DNA from: Capsulimonadales bacterium
GTDB taxonomy: Bacteria; Armatimonadota; Armatimonadia; Armatimonadales; Armatimonadaceae
Length of the DNA: 64,000 nucleotides
Reading direction: 5' to 3'
Assembly (NCBI GenBank): GCA_033762295.1
Contig: JANRLW010000090.1
Coordinates: forward strand, 35,813 to 99,812
In this document: positions 17,275-27,290 of the stretch, one piece after another
How positions within the stretch are numbered: position 1 is the stretch's first letter
How the letters are laid out: every line of letters starts with the position of its first letter
Made by a program: the position numbers and the translations under genes
The notes under the pieces: model-generated
Told to the model about the DNA's origin: nothing
The model's input: the letters and a program-made list of their open reading frames with translations, nothing else
Databases searched by the model: none

Positions 17275-18144
17275 ATGCCCCGACCGTTCTCCCGGATCGC
17301 CATTGTCGGCGTCGGCCTGATCGGCGGATCGCTCGGCCTGGCGGTTCGGGAACGGGGACTGGCGGCGGAGGTGATCGGCATCGGTCGTAATCCGGTCACC
17401 CTTTCCGAAGCGCGGGAGCTTCGCGCCATCGACGCGTTTTCCCTCGACCTTGCGGAAGGAACGGCCGGCGCCGACCTGGTCGTTCTGGCGACACCCATCC
17501 CGCAGATCCTCGCCGATATCGAGCGGCTGGCCGCCCTTGCCGATTTCCAGGGAATCGTGACCGATGTCGGGTCGATCAAGGGTGAGATCGCCGCGCGCGG
17601 CGCGCGTTTCCTCCCGGACCGATTCATCGGTTCCCATCCGATGGCCGGTTCGGAGAAGGCCGGGGTGCGTTTCGCAAGCGCCGACCTCTTCGTCGGGGCC
17701 ACCTGGGTTCTCACGCCGACGGAGGGAACGCCCGCCGACCGCTGCGAAAGGGTGCGCTTCCTGGCCGGGGCGATCGGGGCGCGTCTTCTGGAACTGTCGC
17801 CGGACGCCCATGATCGGGCGGTCGCCGTGACCTCCCACCTGCCCCATATCCTGGCCTACGCTCTGGCGGCGGTCGCGGGCGATCGGGCCGAGGCCGAACC
17901 GGACCTGCCCGCCGTCGCCGCCGGGTCGTTCGCCTCAGGGACGCGTGTCGCGCAGAGCAGTCCGGAACTCTGGCAGGGGATCTGTTCCGGAAACCGTGCC
18001 GCCGTTCTCGAAGCGTTGCGCGCCTACTCGGCGGAACTGGACGAAGTCCGTCGCGCACTGGAATCCGAAGACGACACCGCGCTTCTGGAAGCGTTCGATC
18101 GCGGGTTTCAGGCCAGAAACCGGTGGAAATCGCCTGCCGAATAG
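17275..18144 (+). CDS. tyrA: Prephenate/arogenate dehydrogenase
   Basis: GVGLIGGS, TDVGSIK, HPMAGSE, SHLPH. Confidence 0.93.
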   Translation: MPRPFSRIAIVGVGLIGGSLGLAVRERGLAAEVIGIGRNPVTLSEARELRAIDAFSLDLAEGTAGADLVVLATPIPQILADIERLAALADFQGIVTDVGSIKGEIAARGARFLPDRFIGSHPMAGSEKAGVRFASADLFVGATWVLTPTEGTPADRCERVRFLAGAIGARLLELSPDAHDRAVAVTSHLPHILAYALAAVAGDRAEAEPDLPAVAAGSFASGTRVAQSSPELWQGICSGNRAAVLEALRAYSAELDEVRRALESEDDTALLEAFDRGFQARNRWKSPAE

Positions 18145-18218
18145 GCTCTTTTTCCGCCGAACGGCGGTTTTGAACGATTCGGCTGTCGGAACCCCGGCAC
18201 CCGTTGTATGATAGGTTC

Positions 18219-19511
18219 GTGGAAACGCGACCCATTCTTCCGACCGACCGACCGCTTTCGGGAACGATCCCGGTCCCCGGTTCCAAAAGCATCACGAATC
18301 GCGCTCTGGTTCTTGCCGGTCTCTGCGCCGGGACGACAACGCTGACCAACGCCCTGTTCGCGGACGATACGGCGCGGATGCGCGACTGTCTCGGGGCACT
18401 GGGGGTTTCGGTCAAGAGCGATGCGGTGGCCGAGACGATGACCGTCGTCGGGACGGCGGGCCGTTTCCCGATTGCCGACGCGTCCCTGTTCGTGGGGAAC
18501 AGCGGGACAACGGCCCGCTTCATCACTCCGGTGGCGGCGCTGGCGACGGCGACGATTTTCCTCGATGGCGTGGCCCGGATGCGGGAACGGCCGATGGGCG
18601 ATCTGATCCACGCCCTGCATCAACTGGGAGTCCGGGTGGAAAGCGTCGGAGCCAATGACTGCCCGCCGATCCGGATGGAGGCCGGCGGTCTGCATGGGGG
18701 CGAATGCGTGATTCGTTCCGATGCTTCCAGCCAGTTTCTTTCGGGCCTGTTGCTCGCGGCTCCTTGCGCCGACGGCGAGGAAACGATCGTTCGGGTCGAG
18801 GGTCCGATACTGTCCGCGCCCTATCTCCGGATCACGGTTGAGATGGTTCGGGCGTTCGGCGGTCGGATCGAGGTGTCCGGGGACGGACGAACCTACCGTA
18901 TTCCGGGACGGCAATCCTATATCTCCCCGGAGCGGTATTCGATCGAACCCGATGCCTCCTCGGCCTCGTATTTCTGGGCGGCGGCGGCGATGACGGCCGG
19001 TCGGGTTCGTGTTCCCGGAATCGGGCGAAACGCGCTTCAGGGCGATGCCGCCTTTGTCGACGTGCTGGAAGCGATGGGCTGTGACGTGGTCCGCGGCGAG
19101 GATTTTATCGAAGTGACGGGGCCGGATCGTCTGTCCGGCGTTACATGGGATATGAACGCGATCTCGGACACCGTCATGACGCTGGCGGCGATCGCGCCGT
19201 TCGCGGACGGTCCCACCCGTATCGAAAATGTCGGCCACATCCGGCACAAGGAAACCGACCGTCTCCGGGCGGTCGCTACGGAACTGCGACGACTGGGGGT
19301 CGAGGTCGAGGAGCGGGCGGACGGACTGACGATCTATCCGACGGCTGTCTTCCGACCGGCGACCGTCGAAACGTACGACGACCATCGTATGGCGATGTCG
19401 TTCGCCCTGATCGGCCTGCGGGTGGCCGGGGTGGCGATTGCGGACCCCGACTGCGTCGCGAAAACTTTTCCGGACTATTTTGAGCGGCTGGAGCGGCTGC
19501 GAAACGGGTAG
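18219..19511 (+). CDS. aroA: EPSP synthase
   Basis: PGSKSITNR, GNSGTTARF, SSQFLSG, RHKETDR, DDHRMAM; GTG 18219 chosen as start. Confidence 0.95.
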   Translation: METRPILPTDRPLSGTIPVPGSKSITNRALVLAGLCAGTTTLTNALFADDTARMRDCLGALGVSVKSDAVAETMTVVGTAGRFPIADASLFVGNSGTTARFITPVAALATATIFLDGVARMRERPMGDLIHALHQLGVRVESVGANDCPPIRMEAGGLHGGECVIRSDASSQFLSGLLLAAPCADGEETIVRVEGPILSAPYLRITVEMVRAFGGRIEVSGDGRTYRIPGRQSYISPERYSIEPDASSASYFWAAAAMTAGRVRVPGIGRNALQGDAAFVDVLEAMGCDVVRGEDFIEVTGPDRLSGVTWDMNAISDTVMTLAAIAPFADGPTRIENVGHIRHKETDRLRAVATELRRLGVEVEERADGLTIYPTAVFRPATVETYDDHRMAMSFALIGLRVAGVAIADPDCVAKTFPDYFERLERLRNG

Positions 19512-19583
19512 AGGCAGGAACGCGAGTCCGGGTCTCGGAAAAAACTAGGATGCCGAATCCGGCAGAAGGTGTGACAGAAATAC

Positions 19584-20270
19584 ATGAGCAAACCGTGGAC
19601 AATTGCGATCGATGGCCCCGCCGGCGCGGGGAAGAGTACGGTCGCCCGACTGCTGGCGCGGCGTCTGGGCTACCTTTACGTTGACACGGGAGCCATGTAC
19701 CGGGTGGTGGCGCTGCATGCGTTGCGACAGCGCAGCCAGGATCTGTCCGATGACGAAATATCGGCGCTGGCCCGCGCGGTCCGAATCGAGTTCGTGGCGG
19801 TCCCGGGCGAGGAGGCGCAACGGATTTTATTGAACGGCGAGGACGTCACCGAAGCCATCCGGACACCGGAGGTGGCCGAACGCTCCTCGGTGGTATCGGC
19901 GATTCCGGGCGTGCGCAGCGCTCTGGTCGCATTACAGCAGGCGATGGGGGCCTCGGGCGGGGTGGTAATGGAAGGACGGGATATCGGGACGGTCGTCATG
20001 CCGACCGCCCAGGTCAAGGTATTTCTGACGGCCAGTCCGGAGGAACGCGCCGCCCGTCGACATGCCGATCTCCTGGCCCGCGGGAACTCCGTGAATCTGG
20101 AGGATGTCCGTGCGGAACAGGACGCCCGGGATCACCGGGATGCGACCCGGACCGTCGCCCCTCTCGTTCCGGCTCCGGACGCCGTCCTGCTGAAATCGGA
20201 CGACCTGCCTCCGGAACTGGTCGTCGATGAGATCATGGAAATCATCGATGACCGGAGGCGGGACGCGTGA
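19584..20270 (+). CDS. cmk: Cytidylate kinase
   Basis: IAIDGPAGAGKST, DTGAMYR, EGRDIGTVV. Confidence 0.95.
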   Translation: MSKPWTIAIDGPAGAGKSTVARLLARRLGYLYVDTGAMYRVVALHALRQRSQDLSDDEISALARAVRIEFVAVPGEEAQRILLNGEDVTEAIRTPEVAERSSVVSAIPGVRSALVALQQAMGASGGVVMEGRDIGTVVMPTAQVKVFLTASPEERAARRHADLLARGNSVNLEDVRAEQDARDHRDATRTVAPLVPAPDAVLLKSDDLPPELVVDEIMEIIDDRRRDA

Positions 20271-21019
20271 CGGATCGGGCGGCCGGAGAGTCTCCCCGAA
20301 AGAGGAAGGCTGAACCGGGGAGCTTAGCGACGACGGAGGGCGGAACCCGGCGCACCCCGGATACCTACTGGCTGCTGGAAGGCGTGACCCTGTTTTTGTT
20401 CGAAGCGCTGGGCGGGTTGTATGTTCAGGGCGAGGAGAACGTTCCGAAAAACGGCACGGTATTGATGGTATCGAACCATGTCTCCTACCTGGACCCGGTG
20501 GCGATCGGGGATGCCTCTCCGCGCCGGGTCGTCTTCATGGCGAAGGCGGAACTTTTCCGGAACCGGGTTCTCGGGTTCCTCCTGCGTGGAGTGGACTCCT
20601 TTCCGGTCAAACGGGGGGAACCGGACCGGGCGGCGTTCAAGAATACGCTATCGATGTTGGAAGAGGGGCGCGTGGTCTGCATTTTCCCGCAGGGGACGCG
20701 CCGTGAGGCCGGGGATCTGGCGGATGCCGAACCGGGGGCCGGCCTTTTCGCGATTCGGACCGGCTGTCCGGTGGTGCCGGTTTACGTCTCGGGAACCGAT
20801 CGAATGCTGGACCGGCAGGGAAAGTGGCATCGAGGGCGCGTGACGGTCGCGTTCGGCGAACCGTTTACTCTCGCCCGTGAAACGGACCGAGAGGAGGGCG
20901 GACGTCGAATGATGCGCGAGATTGCGGCGACGCGCGACCGTTTCGCCTCCGCCCCCGCCCGACGAATCCGACCGCACTGGATTCGGAAGCCGCGCGAGGG
21001 CGCTCGTGCCGTTCGCTGA
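20267..21019 (+). CDS. plsC: 1-acyl-sn-glycerol-3-phosphate acyltransferase
   Basis: NHVSYLD, FMAKAEL, FPQGTR. Confidence 0.88.
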   Translation: MTDRAAGESPRKRKAEPGSLATTEGGTRRTPDTYWLLEGVTLFLFEALGGLYVQGEENVPKNGTVLMVSNHVSYLDPVAIGDASPRRVVFMAKAELFRNRVLGFLLRGVDSFPVKRGEPDRAAFKNTLSMLEEGRVVCIFPQGTRREAGDLADAEPGAGLFAIRTGCPVVPVYVSGTDRMLDRQGKWHRGRVTVAFGEPFTLARETDREEGGRRMMREIAATRDRFASAPARRIRPHWIRKPREGARAVR

Positions 21020-21048
21020 AACGAGTTCGTAAGAGGATCGCGCCGAAA

Positions 21049-21519
21049 TCAGGCGTCGCCGTTTTCGGCGACCGGCGGTTCGGCTTCGACGGGCGTTTCC
21101 GGCGTCCCGACGTGGCGAAACACCAGTTCTCCGTTCTCCTCCACGTTCAGGGCGATCGCGCCTTTCAGGACGCCGTTCAGCAGGGAAAGATTCATTTCGT
21201 AGCGAGCGATTCGATCGGACGAAATCTCGGCGCGCTGTCGTCGGGAGGTCTCACTGCGTCCGGAATGAATGGCCGTGCCCTCCTCGCGAACGGAACGCGC
21301 CCAGGAGACGACGCTGTGCAGGACATCCGGCGTTGCCCCTTTGGTACCACGCCCCCGTAATACCACATCAATCAGGACGGCGGTTTCATTGATCGGTTCG
21401 GTTATTTTTGTGCGGCGACCCCGTCGCCTTACACCGTTTTCGGCGGGCGTATCGGCAACCGTCGCGGGTGTTGCTTCGGCATTTTCCGGCTTTACTTGTG
21501 CTCTTCTGCCTCTGGGCAT
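21049..21519 (-). CDS. Hypothetical protein with an Arg-rich disordered N-terminus
   Basis: MPRGRR...RRRGRRTK followed by a helical domain. Confidence 0.7.
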   Translation of the reverse strand: MPRGRRAQVKPENAEATPATVADTPAENGVRRRGRRTKITEPINETAVLIDVVLRGRGTKGATPDVLHSVVSWARSVREEGTAIHSGRSETSRRQRAEISSDRIARYEMNLSLLNGVLKGAIALNVEENGELVFRHVGTPETPVEAEPPVAENGDA

Positions 21520-21759
21520 GGGAATTTACCATCGAAAGTCCAAACAGGTTTGAACTTTGGTCGATGTGTCCTTTCTAAAGTATAAAAAAGTTCATGAATG
21601 AACGGAGTGCATCCATTGTCGGATTTGCATCACTCCGATTGTACCAAGGATTGTTTCGATTTTAAACGATCACGGGAACAATCCGTGAGAATATCCGGTA
21701 GACCCGCAAACAGAGTCGGGCAATTATTAGGTAATGGCGGCTCACGAAAAGGTTCCCAT

Positions 21760-21807
21760 AAAGAAAAGGTCTGTCCGGTCGGCGACCGGACAGACCTTTT
21801 CTTTTTT
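21760..21807. terminator. Strong bidirectional intrinsic terminator downstream of dnaN
   Basis: 21-bp perfect inverted repeat AAAGAAAAGGTCTGTCCGGTC-ggc-GACCGGACAGACCTTTTCTTT. Confidence 0.85.
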
Positions 21808-21836
21808 GCCAATGGATTCGGCGGAAATGGAAATCT

Positions 21837-22967
21837 TCAGATGACCTGCATCGGCATGAGAACGCAAAGATAGTCCGCGTCATTTTCACCGATCGGACGG
21901 AGAAGACCGGGACGGAGCGGTTCGGTCAATTCGAGGACGACGCCATCCGTCTCGACGACATTGAGAACGTCCTGAAGATACTTGGCGTTGAACGCGATCT
22001 GAATATCGTCGCCCTCGCGGGCCACCTCGATCTCTTCTCGAACGGAGCCGACCGTTCCGGATTCGGCGGAGAGGATTAACTGCGCGCCTTCGGTTTCCAG
22101 TTTTACGCGGTTCGCGTTGTCGCGGGCGACGATCGCGGCGCGTTTGACCGCACGGGCAAATTCATCGCGTTCCAGGGTCAATTTTCGATCATGACCTTGC
22201 GGAATGACCCGTTCGTAGTTCGGAAACTGGCCTTCCAGTAACCGCGTGACCATCGTCGTTTTGCCGACTTCGATCCGGCACTGACCGGCCGCCAGGGAGA
22301 TGGTGATCGTATCCTCGTCTCCGGCCAGACGAAGCAGTTCGTTCATGGCGCGCGCCGGAACGATGGCCGTGGCGTTGCCGTCCCCTCCCGGTATTTTCGC
22401 GGTCCGAACGGCCAGTCGATGGGTGTCGGTCGCCACCATCTTCAGGATGTCGCCGTTGTAGGACAGAAGGACGCCGGTCAGGATCGGACGGGTTTCGTCG
22501 GTGGAAACGGCAAAAAGAACGTGGCGGATCATGTCGCGCAACAGTTCGCCCGACAGGGTGAAACTGGCCGTGGTCGTCACCTCCGGAGGGGCAGGAAACT
22601 CCTCGGCGGGAAGTCCGAGGATGTTATACTCGGAGCGTCGGCACTGTACCTGGATCTTGTTGCCGCCGTCGGGGCGATCGAGTCGGACGTCGTCATCGGG
22701 AAGGGCGGCCAGCATTTCGGTGAAGACACGCGCCGGAACGGTGAAGCCAAGCGTCTCCTCACCGCCGTCGAGCGTTCCTTGAAGACGGGCGGGAAGATTG
22801 CATTCCATCCACATCTCGAGGTCGGTGGCGGTCAGTCGAAGCGATCCGTCGCCTTGCGGCCGGGCGAGGATATGGGAGAGTATGGGCAGGGTCGATCGAC
22901 CGGAGACGGCGCGACCGACGGTCTGAACGGCTTCATACAGGTCTTTTCGCGGACAAACAGCTTGCAT
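21837..22967 (-). CDS. dnaN: DNA polymerase III beta sliding clamp
   Basis: ATDLE, AVSTDETRPILTGV, VATDTHRLA, GQFPNYERVIP, AFNAKYL, VLMPM. Confidence 0.97.
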   Translation of the reverse strand: MQAVCPRKDLYEAVQTVGRAVSGRSTLPILSHILARPQGDGSLRLTATDLEMWMECNLPARLQGTLDGGEETLGFTVPARVFTEMLAALPDDDVRLDRPDGGNKIQVQCRRSEYNILGLPAEEFPAPPEVTTTASFTLSGELLRDMIRHVLFAVSTDETRPILTGVLLSYNGDILKMVATDTHRLAVRTAKIPGGDGNATAIVPARAMNELLRLAGDEDTITISLAAGQCRIEVGKTTMVTRLLEGQFPNYERVIPQGHDRKLTLERDEFARAVKRAAIVARDNANRVKLETEGAQLILSAESGTVGSVREEIEVAREGDDIQIAFNAKYLQDVLNVVETDGVVLELTEPLRPGLLRPIGENDADYLCVLMPMQVI

Positions 22968-23011
22968 GGGTTATCTCTTTCATCGGACGGCGGTCCGGAA
23001 GTACGTTGGGA

Positions 23012-23302
23012 TCAGAACCCGATCGGCAACTGGTAGGGTTGCGACGCATTTTCGGGTTCGGCCGTATTGAGGTGCGGGTTGTCCGCACGGAGCCGGGTGA
23101 GCAGGCGAGAGCGAAGGGCGTCCGAAGCCATCTCCTCGCCGATGCCGGCGCGGAGCCGATCGCGCGTGATACGAAGGGTTTCGGCCTCGAACGCACAGTG
23201 CGGACAGGTCAGAAGGTGTCGTTCCGTCCGCTGTCGGGTCTCCTCGGGAAGGTCGTCGTCCACGTAGGGACCGATCCGGTCGGCGTTTTCGCTACAGGTC
23301 AT
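23012..23302 (-). CDS. Soluble zinc-binding anti-sigma factor (zf-HC2/ZAS)
   Basis: C3 ... HLLTCPHC (HxxxCxxC); no TM; overlaps the sigma stop; C-terminal QLPIGF. Confidence 0.85.
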   Translation of the reverse strand: MTCSENADRIGPYVDDDLPEETRQRTERHLLTCPHCAFEAETLRITRDRLRAGIGEEMASDALRSRLLTRLRADNPHLNTAEPENASQPYQLPIGF

Positions 23303-23891
23303 GGGCCTCCTCGTAATACGCCCGGAGGCGGTCGCGCAGGGCGCGCCGGGCGCGGTATAAAAGCGATTTGGTGGCGGCGACGGACTTTCCGAGCGCCGCC
23401 GCCGCTTCGGCGTGGGTTACCTCCTCCAGATCGCAGAGGGTCAGAACGACCTTCCACTCCTCGGGGAGCGTATCCAGAGCGTTCAGCAGGGCGGAGCGTT
23501 CGGCATGGCGTTGCCATTCCTCTTCCGCGCTGCGGTCGGCCGGGGCGGACGATAGCTCCAGGGACGAGAGCGAGAGTGTCGGCAGGCGCAACTGGCGGCG
23601 TTTGTCGGCGGCCAGGTTGCGAACGATAGCGAAGAGCCACGGGCCGAACGTCGGCGCGTCGCCCCGGAACTGTCGCGCCTGTCGAAAGACGCGCAGGAAT
23701 GCCTCCTGCGTCACTTCCTCCGCATCCTCCCGCGTTTCCGTCAGGCGAACCGCCAGCCCCAACGCACGATCGACATATCGGTCGAACAGCGTTTCCAGCG
23801 CCCGAGCGTCTCCCTGGCGGAAGCGAGCGACCAATCGGGCTTCGTAGGCGTCGGTGGTAGGTTTCATCGTCTTACGGAACGGCGTCGTCAA
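23292..23891 (-). CDS. ECF RNA polymerase sigma factor
   Basis: Region 2 DAEEVTQEAFLRVF and FGPWLFAIVRN; region 4 KSLLYRARRALR. Confidence 0.92.
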   Translation of the reverse strand: MTTPFRKTMKPTTDAYEARLVARFRQGDARALETLFDRYVDRALGLAVRLTETREDAEEVTQEAFLRVFRQARQFRGDAPTFGPWLFAIVRNLAADKRRQLRLPTLSLSSLELSSAPADRSAEEEWQRHAERSALLNALDTLPEEWKVVLTLCDLEEVTHAEAAAALGKSVAATKSLLYRARRALRDRLRAYYEEAHDL

Positions 23892-23975
23892 AGGGAAGAC
23901 GTGATCGACCGGGGAAAAGCGTCGCGACGATGCGAAAAAATCCGCGGGGTCATCGGAAAAGGCGAAGACCCGCTT

Positions 23976-25241
23976 TCAGAAGGTGACGCGGGTCTGCAGA
24001 GTCAGGCGACGTTTGATGATCTGATCTTTTTCCCCGCTGGAAGGGACATCCCGTTCGTACTCGAACAGGGTTCGGATGGTGAAGCCGGGGAAAACGTCGA
24101 AGTTTGCGCCGATCCCCATGGTCCCCGCATGTTCGGGCCGGTTCGGGAAGTTCCAGCGTTTTCCGTAGGCGACCAGGGTGATCTGCCGCCTGACCTGCAC
24201 ATTCCCTTCGACGAAGTAACCCCACACGGGGTCCTGATCATCCGCCCCGAAAACGATTTCGCCACGACCGAGAAACGGGCCGTAACGGTAGATGCCGTCG
24301 CCTGCGAAACGGGTTTTTCGAATCACGCGACTCCGGTCCCGGGCGCCGGAAAAGCCGGAGGGGGAAAGGATCGTATCGAAATTGGTGATGGGGCCGTTCC
24401 CGGTCAGCAGGGAACCGCCGATCTGGAACTGGCCCAGACGGGTGGGGAAGGTGCGATCGAGTCGGAACGTCAGGACCGAATTGGTATCCGTGTCGCGCCG
24501 GTTCGGACCCGCGCCGGTCGTGATCGACCCGGCGTAATGATAGTACTTACCGTACTCTCCCTCGATCATGATGCCGGTATCGACCCGTAAGCCCAGCGAG
24601 AGTTCGTACAGGGGCTGGATCGGTTGGAGCGGCGTGTCGTAGGTGGCCAGAATCCCGAAGGGGAGAACGAACTGCCCGACCCGAACATTCGCCGAGACGC
24701 CGGGGAAAAGGAAGCGGTAGAACGCGTAGACCTCGGAGGCACGAAGTCGGTTCAACGACGTTCCCTGCTGATCGTCCTCCAGCACGAGCTGAAAACGGGC
24801 GCCGCCGCGTTCGTCGCCGGTGACCGGGTTGGCCCGTATGTAGTCCAGAGTGAACCGCGTGGCGGCGACGTAACCGCCGATGGTTTCCGAGGTGCCGCTG
24901 GTCGTTCGGTTCCGGTATCGAAGGTCGGCGGCGGCATTGAAGAAAAGATTGTTGCGTCGGCGGTAGAAGGGGAGCGGGGCGAAAAGGTCCGGCCGACGGG
25001 AAGCGGTGGAGGGAGGCATGGTCGGCTTGACGCCCGGGGTCGGTTGGGGAACGCCGTCGGCGTTGAATTGGACGTCCGGAACCGGGGGGGCGGTTTGGGC
25101 ATGGGCGGAACCGGCCAGGGACAACAAAACTAGCGTGACGGCGAGGCCGACACACCGGCTCTTTTTGAAATCGTCCGCTCCGCTGCCGACGCGGGCGACC
25201 GTCCGGAGCAGGAATCGTAGGCAGAAAAAACAGGTGGACAC
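23976..25241 (-). CDS. Putative outer-membrane beta-barrel protein
   Basis: Signal peptide ending AHA-Q; alternating strands; VGQFVLPFG; C-terminal Phe; start uncertain. Confidence 0.65.
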   Translation of the reverse strand: MSTCFFCLRFLLRTVARVGSGADDFKKSRCVGLAVTLVLLSLAGSAHAQTAPPVPDVQFNADGVPQPTPGVKPTMPPSTASRRPDLFAPLPFYRRRNNLFFNAAADLRYRNRTTSGTSETIGGYVAATRFTLDYIRANPVTGDERGGARFQLVLEDDQQGTSLNRLRASEVYAFYRFLFPGVSANVRVGQFVLPFGILATYDTPLQPIQPLYELSLGLRVDTGIMIEGEYGKYYHYAGSITTGAGPNRRDTDTNSVLTFRLDRTFPTRLGQFQIGGSLLTGNGPITNFDTILSPSGFSGARDRSRVIRKTRFAGDGIYRYGPFLGRGEIVFGADDQDPVWGYFVEGNVQVRRQITLVAYGKRWNFPNRPEHAGTMGIGANFDVFPGFTIRTLFEYERDVPSSGEKDQIIKRRLTLQTRVTF

Positions 25242-25452
25242 GCCAGTATTCTCGGACTTTCCGATCCATTCAGAGAGTGGGAAGGGCGGCAGGGTTTCGC
25301 GTTTTCCGTTCGCCGTTGACTGTGATTTATGGCATCGGTATAATAGGAGGTCGGGTCCGACCTGTCCGGCCGAAAGGCCAGGGTGTCGGCCCGCCGCTCC
25401 GAAGAAGATTTTGAGGTCGTTCGGAGCGTTTAAGAAAGGATTGCTTACCGCG

Positions 25453-27216
25453 ATGCCCACGGATGGCGAAAGCATGGATACGCTCCGGGATCGCTTGCTG
25501 CGTGTCGAGGCGGAACTGGAGAAGCGCAACGACCGAGTCAAGCGACTGGAAAAAGAAATCGAGCGACTGCAGCAGCAGATTCAGGAGGCCCAGGGCCAGC
25601 CGGCGGTGGATTTCTCCGAGATGGAGGAGGCCCTGAAACGGCTTCTGACGCGGGTCGTCATGATTCTGGCGGCGAGTAAGGCGTTGTTCATGGTCAGCGA
25701 TACGAAGACCGGTGAACTGTTCGCCGATACGCCGGCGATCGGTTTCGAGGACGCCGATGTCCGACGGCTGCGTATCAAGGATCACCTGGGCATCTCGGGT
25801 GAAGTGTTTCGGGAGAACCAGCCGGTCATTCTGTACGACGCCGAAGCCGATGATCGAGCGGCGGAAGAGCAGTGGTCGCGGCTCGGTATCCGGAACGGTC
25901 TGTGCGTTCCGCTCGTTATCGAGAAACGCGACGAGGAGACGAACGCGGTCATCGAGCGTCGAACGTTCGGGGTTCTCTGGGTCTTCAACAAAAAGTTCGG
26001 CAACGCCTTTATCGCCGAGGACGTTCAGTTGCTGACGAGGATGTCGCGGAACGCGGCCGCCATTATCAACGCGGCGGAAACGTTCAAAATCCTCGTGAAA
26101 GAGCGAGATGAAGCGCTGGAGACCATCGAAAGCCTCTCGATGGGACTGATCATGGTCAACACCAACCAGCGGATCACTCAGATGAACCACTCCGCGCTCC
26201 GGATCTTCGGTTTGACGAAGGAGGATCTGGCGGGTGGGCGTACCTATGACGCCGTCATCAAGGACGAGAAGGTGCGTGAACTCCTGCGCCGATCGCTGGA
26301 AGAGGATGCGGATGTGTCGGCGGAGGTGCCGCTGACCAATCCGGATAACCCCGACCACAGCCATACCTTTCAGGTTCAGTCGGCGACGGTGCGCAATGAA
26401 ATCGGCGAGGCGATCGGGTCCGCGACGATCTTCAACGATATCACCGAGATCAAAAATGTCGACAAGATGAAAACCGCGTTCGTTTCGACGGTGTCCCACG
26501 AACTTCGGACGCCGCTGACCGCAATCAAGGGATTCATCTCCACCCTGGTACAGGACACCGAAGGGTTTTTTGACAATAACACCCGGCATGAATTCTATAC
26601 CATCATCGATACGGAATGCGACCGCCTCCGTCGACTGATCGATGACCTGTTGAACGTTTCCCGTATCGAGGCGAATGCCGCTCTGGAAATGAACCTGACC
26701 AAGTTCAATCTGCGCGAGACGCTCGACAAGGTGATCGCCATCCAGAGCGGAAGCACGTATAAAAAGGAAAACCATTCGCTGTCCTGGGAGATGTCGCCGG
26801 ACGTCCCGACGGAGATTGAGGCCGACCAGGACAAGATCGAGCAGGTGTTCCATAACCTGATCGGAAACGCGCTCAAATATGCTCCGGGCGGCGGTCCGGT
26901 GCAAGTCACCGGAAAATTGTTGCCCGGCGGTGAAATGCTGGAGTTCGCTATTTCCGACAGAGGTATCGGTATGTCCGACGCGTTCCTGAAGAAAGTCGGC
27001 GAAAAGTTCGCACGCGCCGACAACCGGGATACCCGGACGATCGGCGGCACCGGTATCGGTCTGTTTCTGGTGAAAGCGTTCGTCGAAGGGCATGGCGGTC
27101 GTATGTGGCCTCATTCGGAAGGGGAAGGCAAAGGCTCGACCTTCTTTTTCACGTTGCCTCTGAACCCGAACGCCGACGGTCGGGACGGCAACCTGGGAAG
27201 CCGCGTCGCGGGCTAA
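25453..27216 (+). CDS. Cytoplasmic sensor histidine kinase (coiled coil-GAF-PAS-HisKA-HATPase)
   Basis: [30 protein letters not shown]. Confidence 0.92.
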   Translation: MPTDGESMDTLRDRLLRVEAELEKRNDRVKRLEKEIERLQQQIQEAQGQPAVDFSEMEEALKRLLTRVVMILAASKALFMVSDTKTGELFADTPAIGFEDADVRRLRIKDHLGISGEVFRENQPVILYDAEADDRAAEEQWSRLGIRNGLCVPLVIEKRDEETNAVIERRTFGVLWVFNKKFGNAFIAEDVQLLTRMSRNAAAIINAAETFKILVKERDEALETIESLSMGLIMVNTNQRITQMNHSALRIFGLTKEDLAGGRTYDAVIKDEKVRELLRRSLEEDADVSAEVPLTNPDNPDHSHTFQVQSATVRNEIGEAIGSATIFNDITEIKNVDKMKTAFVSTVSHELRTPLTAIKGFISTLVQDTEGFFDNNTRHEFYTIIDTECDRLRRLIDDLLNVSRIEANAALEMNLTKFNLRETLDKVIAIQSGSTYKKENHSLSWEMSPDVPTEIEADQDKIEQVFHNLIGNALKYAPGGGPVQVTGKLLPGGEMLEFAISDRGIGMSDAFLKKVGEKFARADNRDTRTIGGTGIGLFLVKAFVEGHGGRMWPHSEGEGKGSTFFFTLPLNPNADGRDGNLGSRVAG

Positions 27217-27290
27217 AGGAAACACGGTCGGGGCGACCTTCGCCGCCCCGACCGAAGGAACCGATCATCGGTTCGACGAACGGAGGCTTA

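Noticed and set aside
15621..17714. 697-aa minus-strand ORF and similar long antisense ORFs (1633-3435, 25327-27225, 59608-61020)
   Set aside because: They are shadows of well-supported genes on the opposite strand.
21520..21836. Possible oriC next to dnaN
   Set aside because: The region is AT-richer but shows no DnaA-box cluster, and dnaA is not adjacent.
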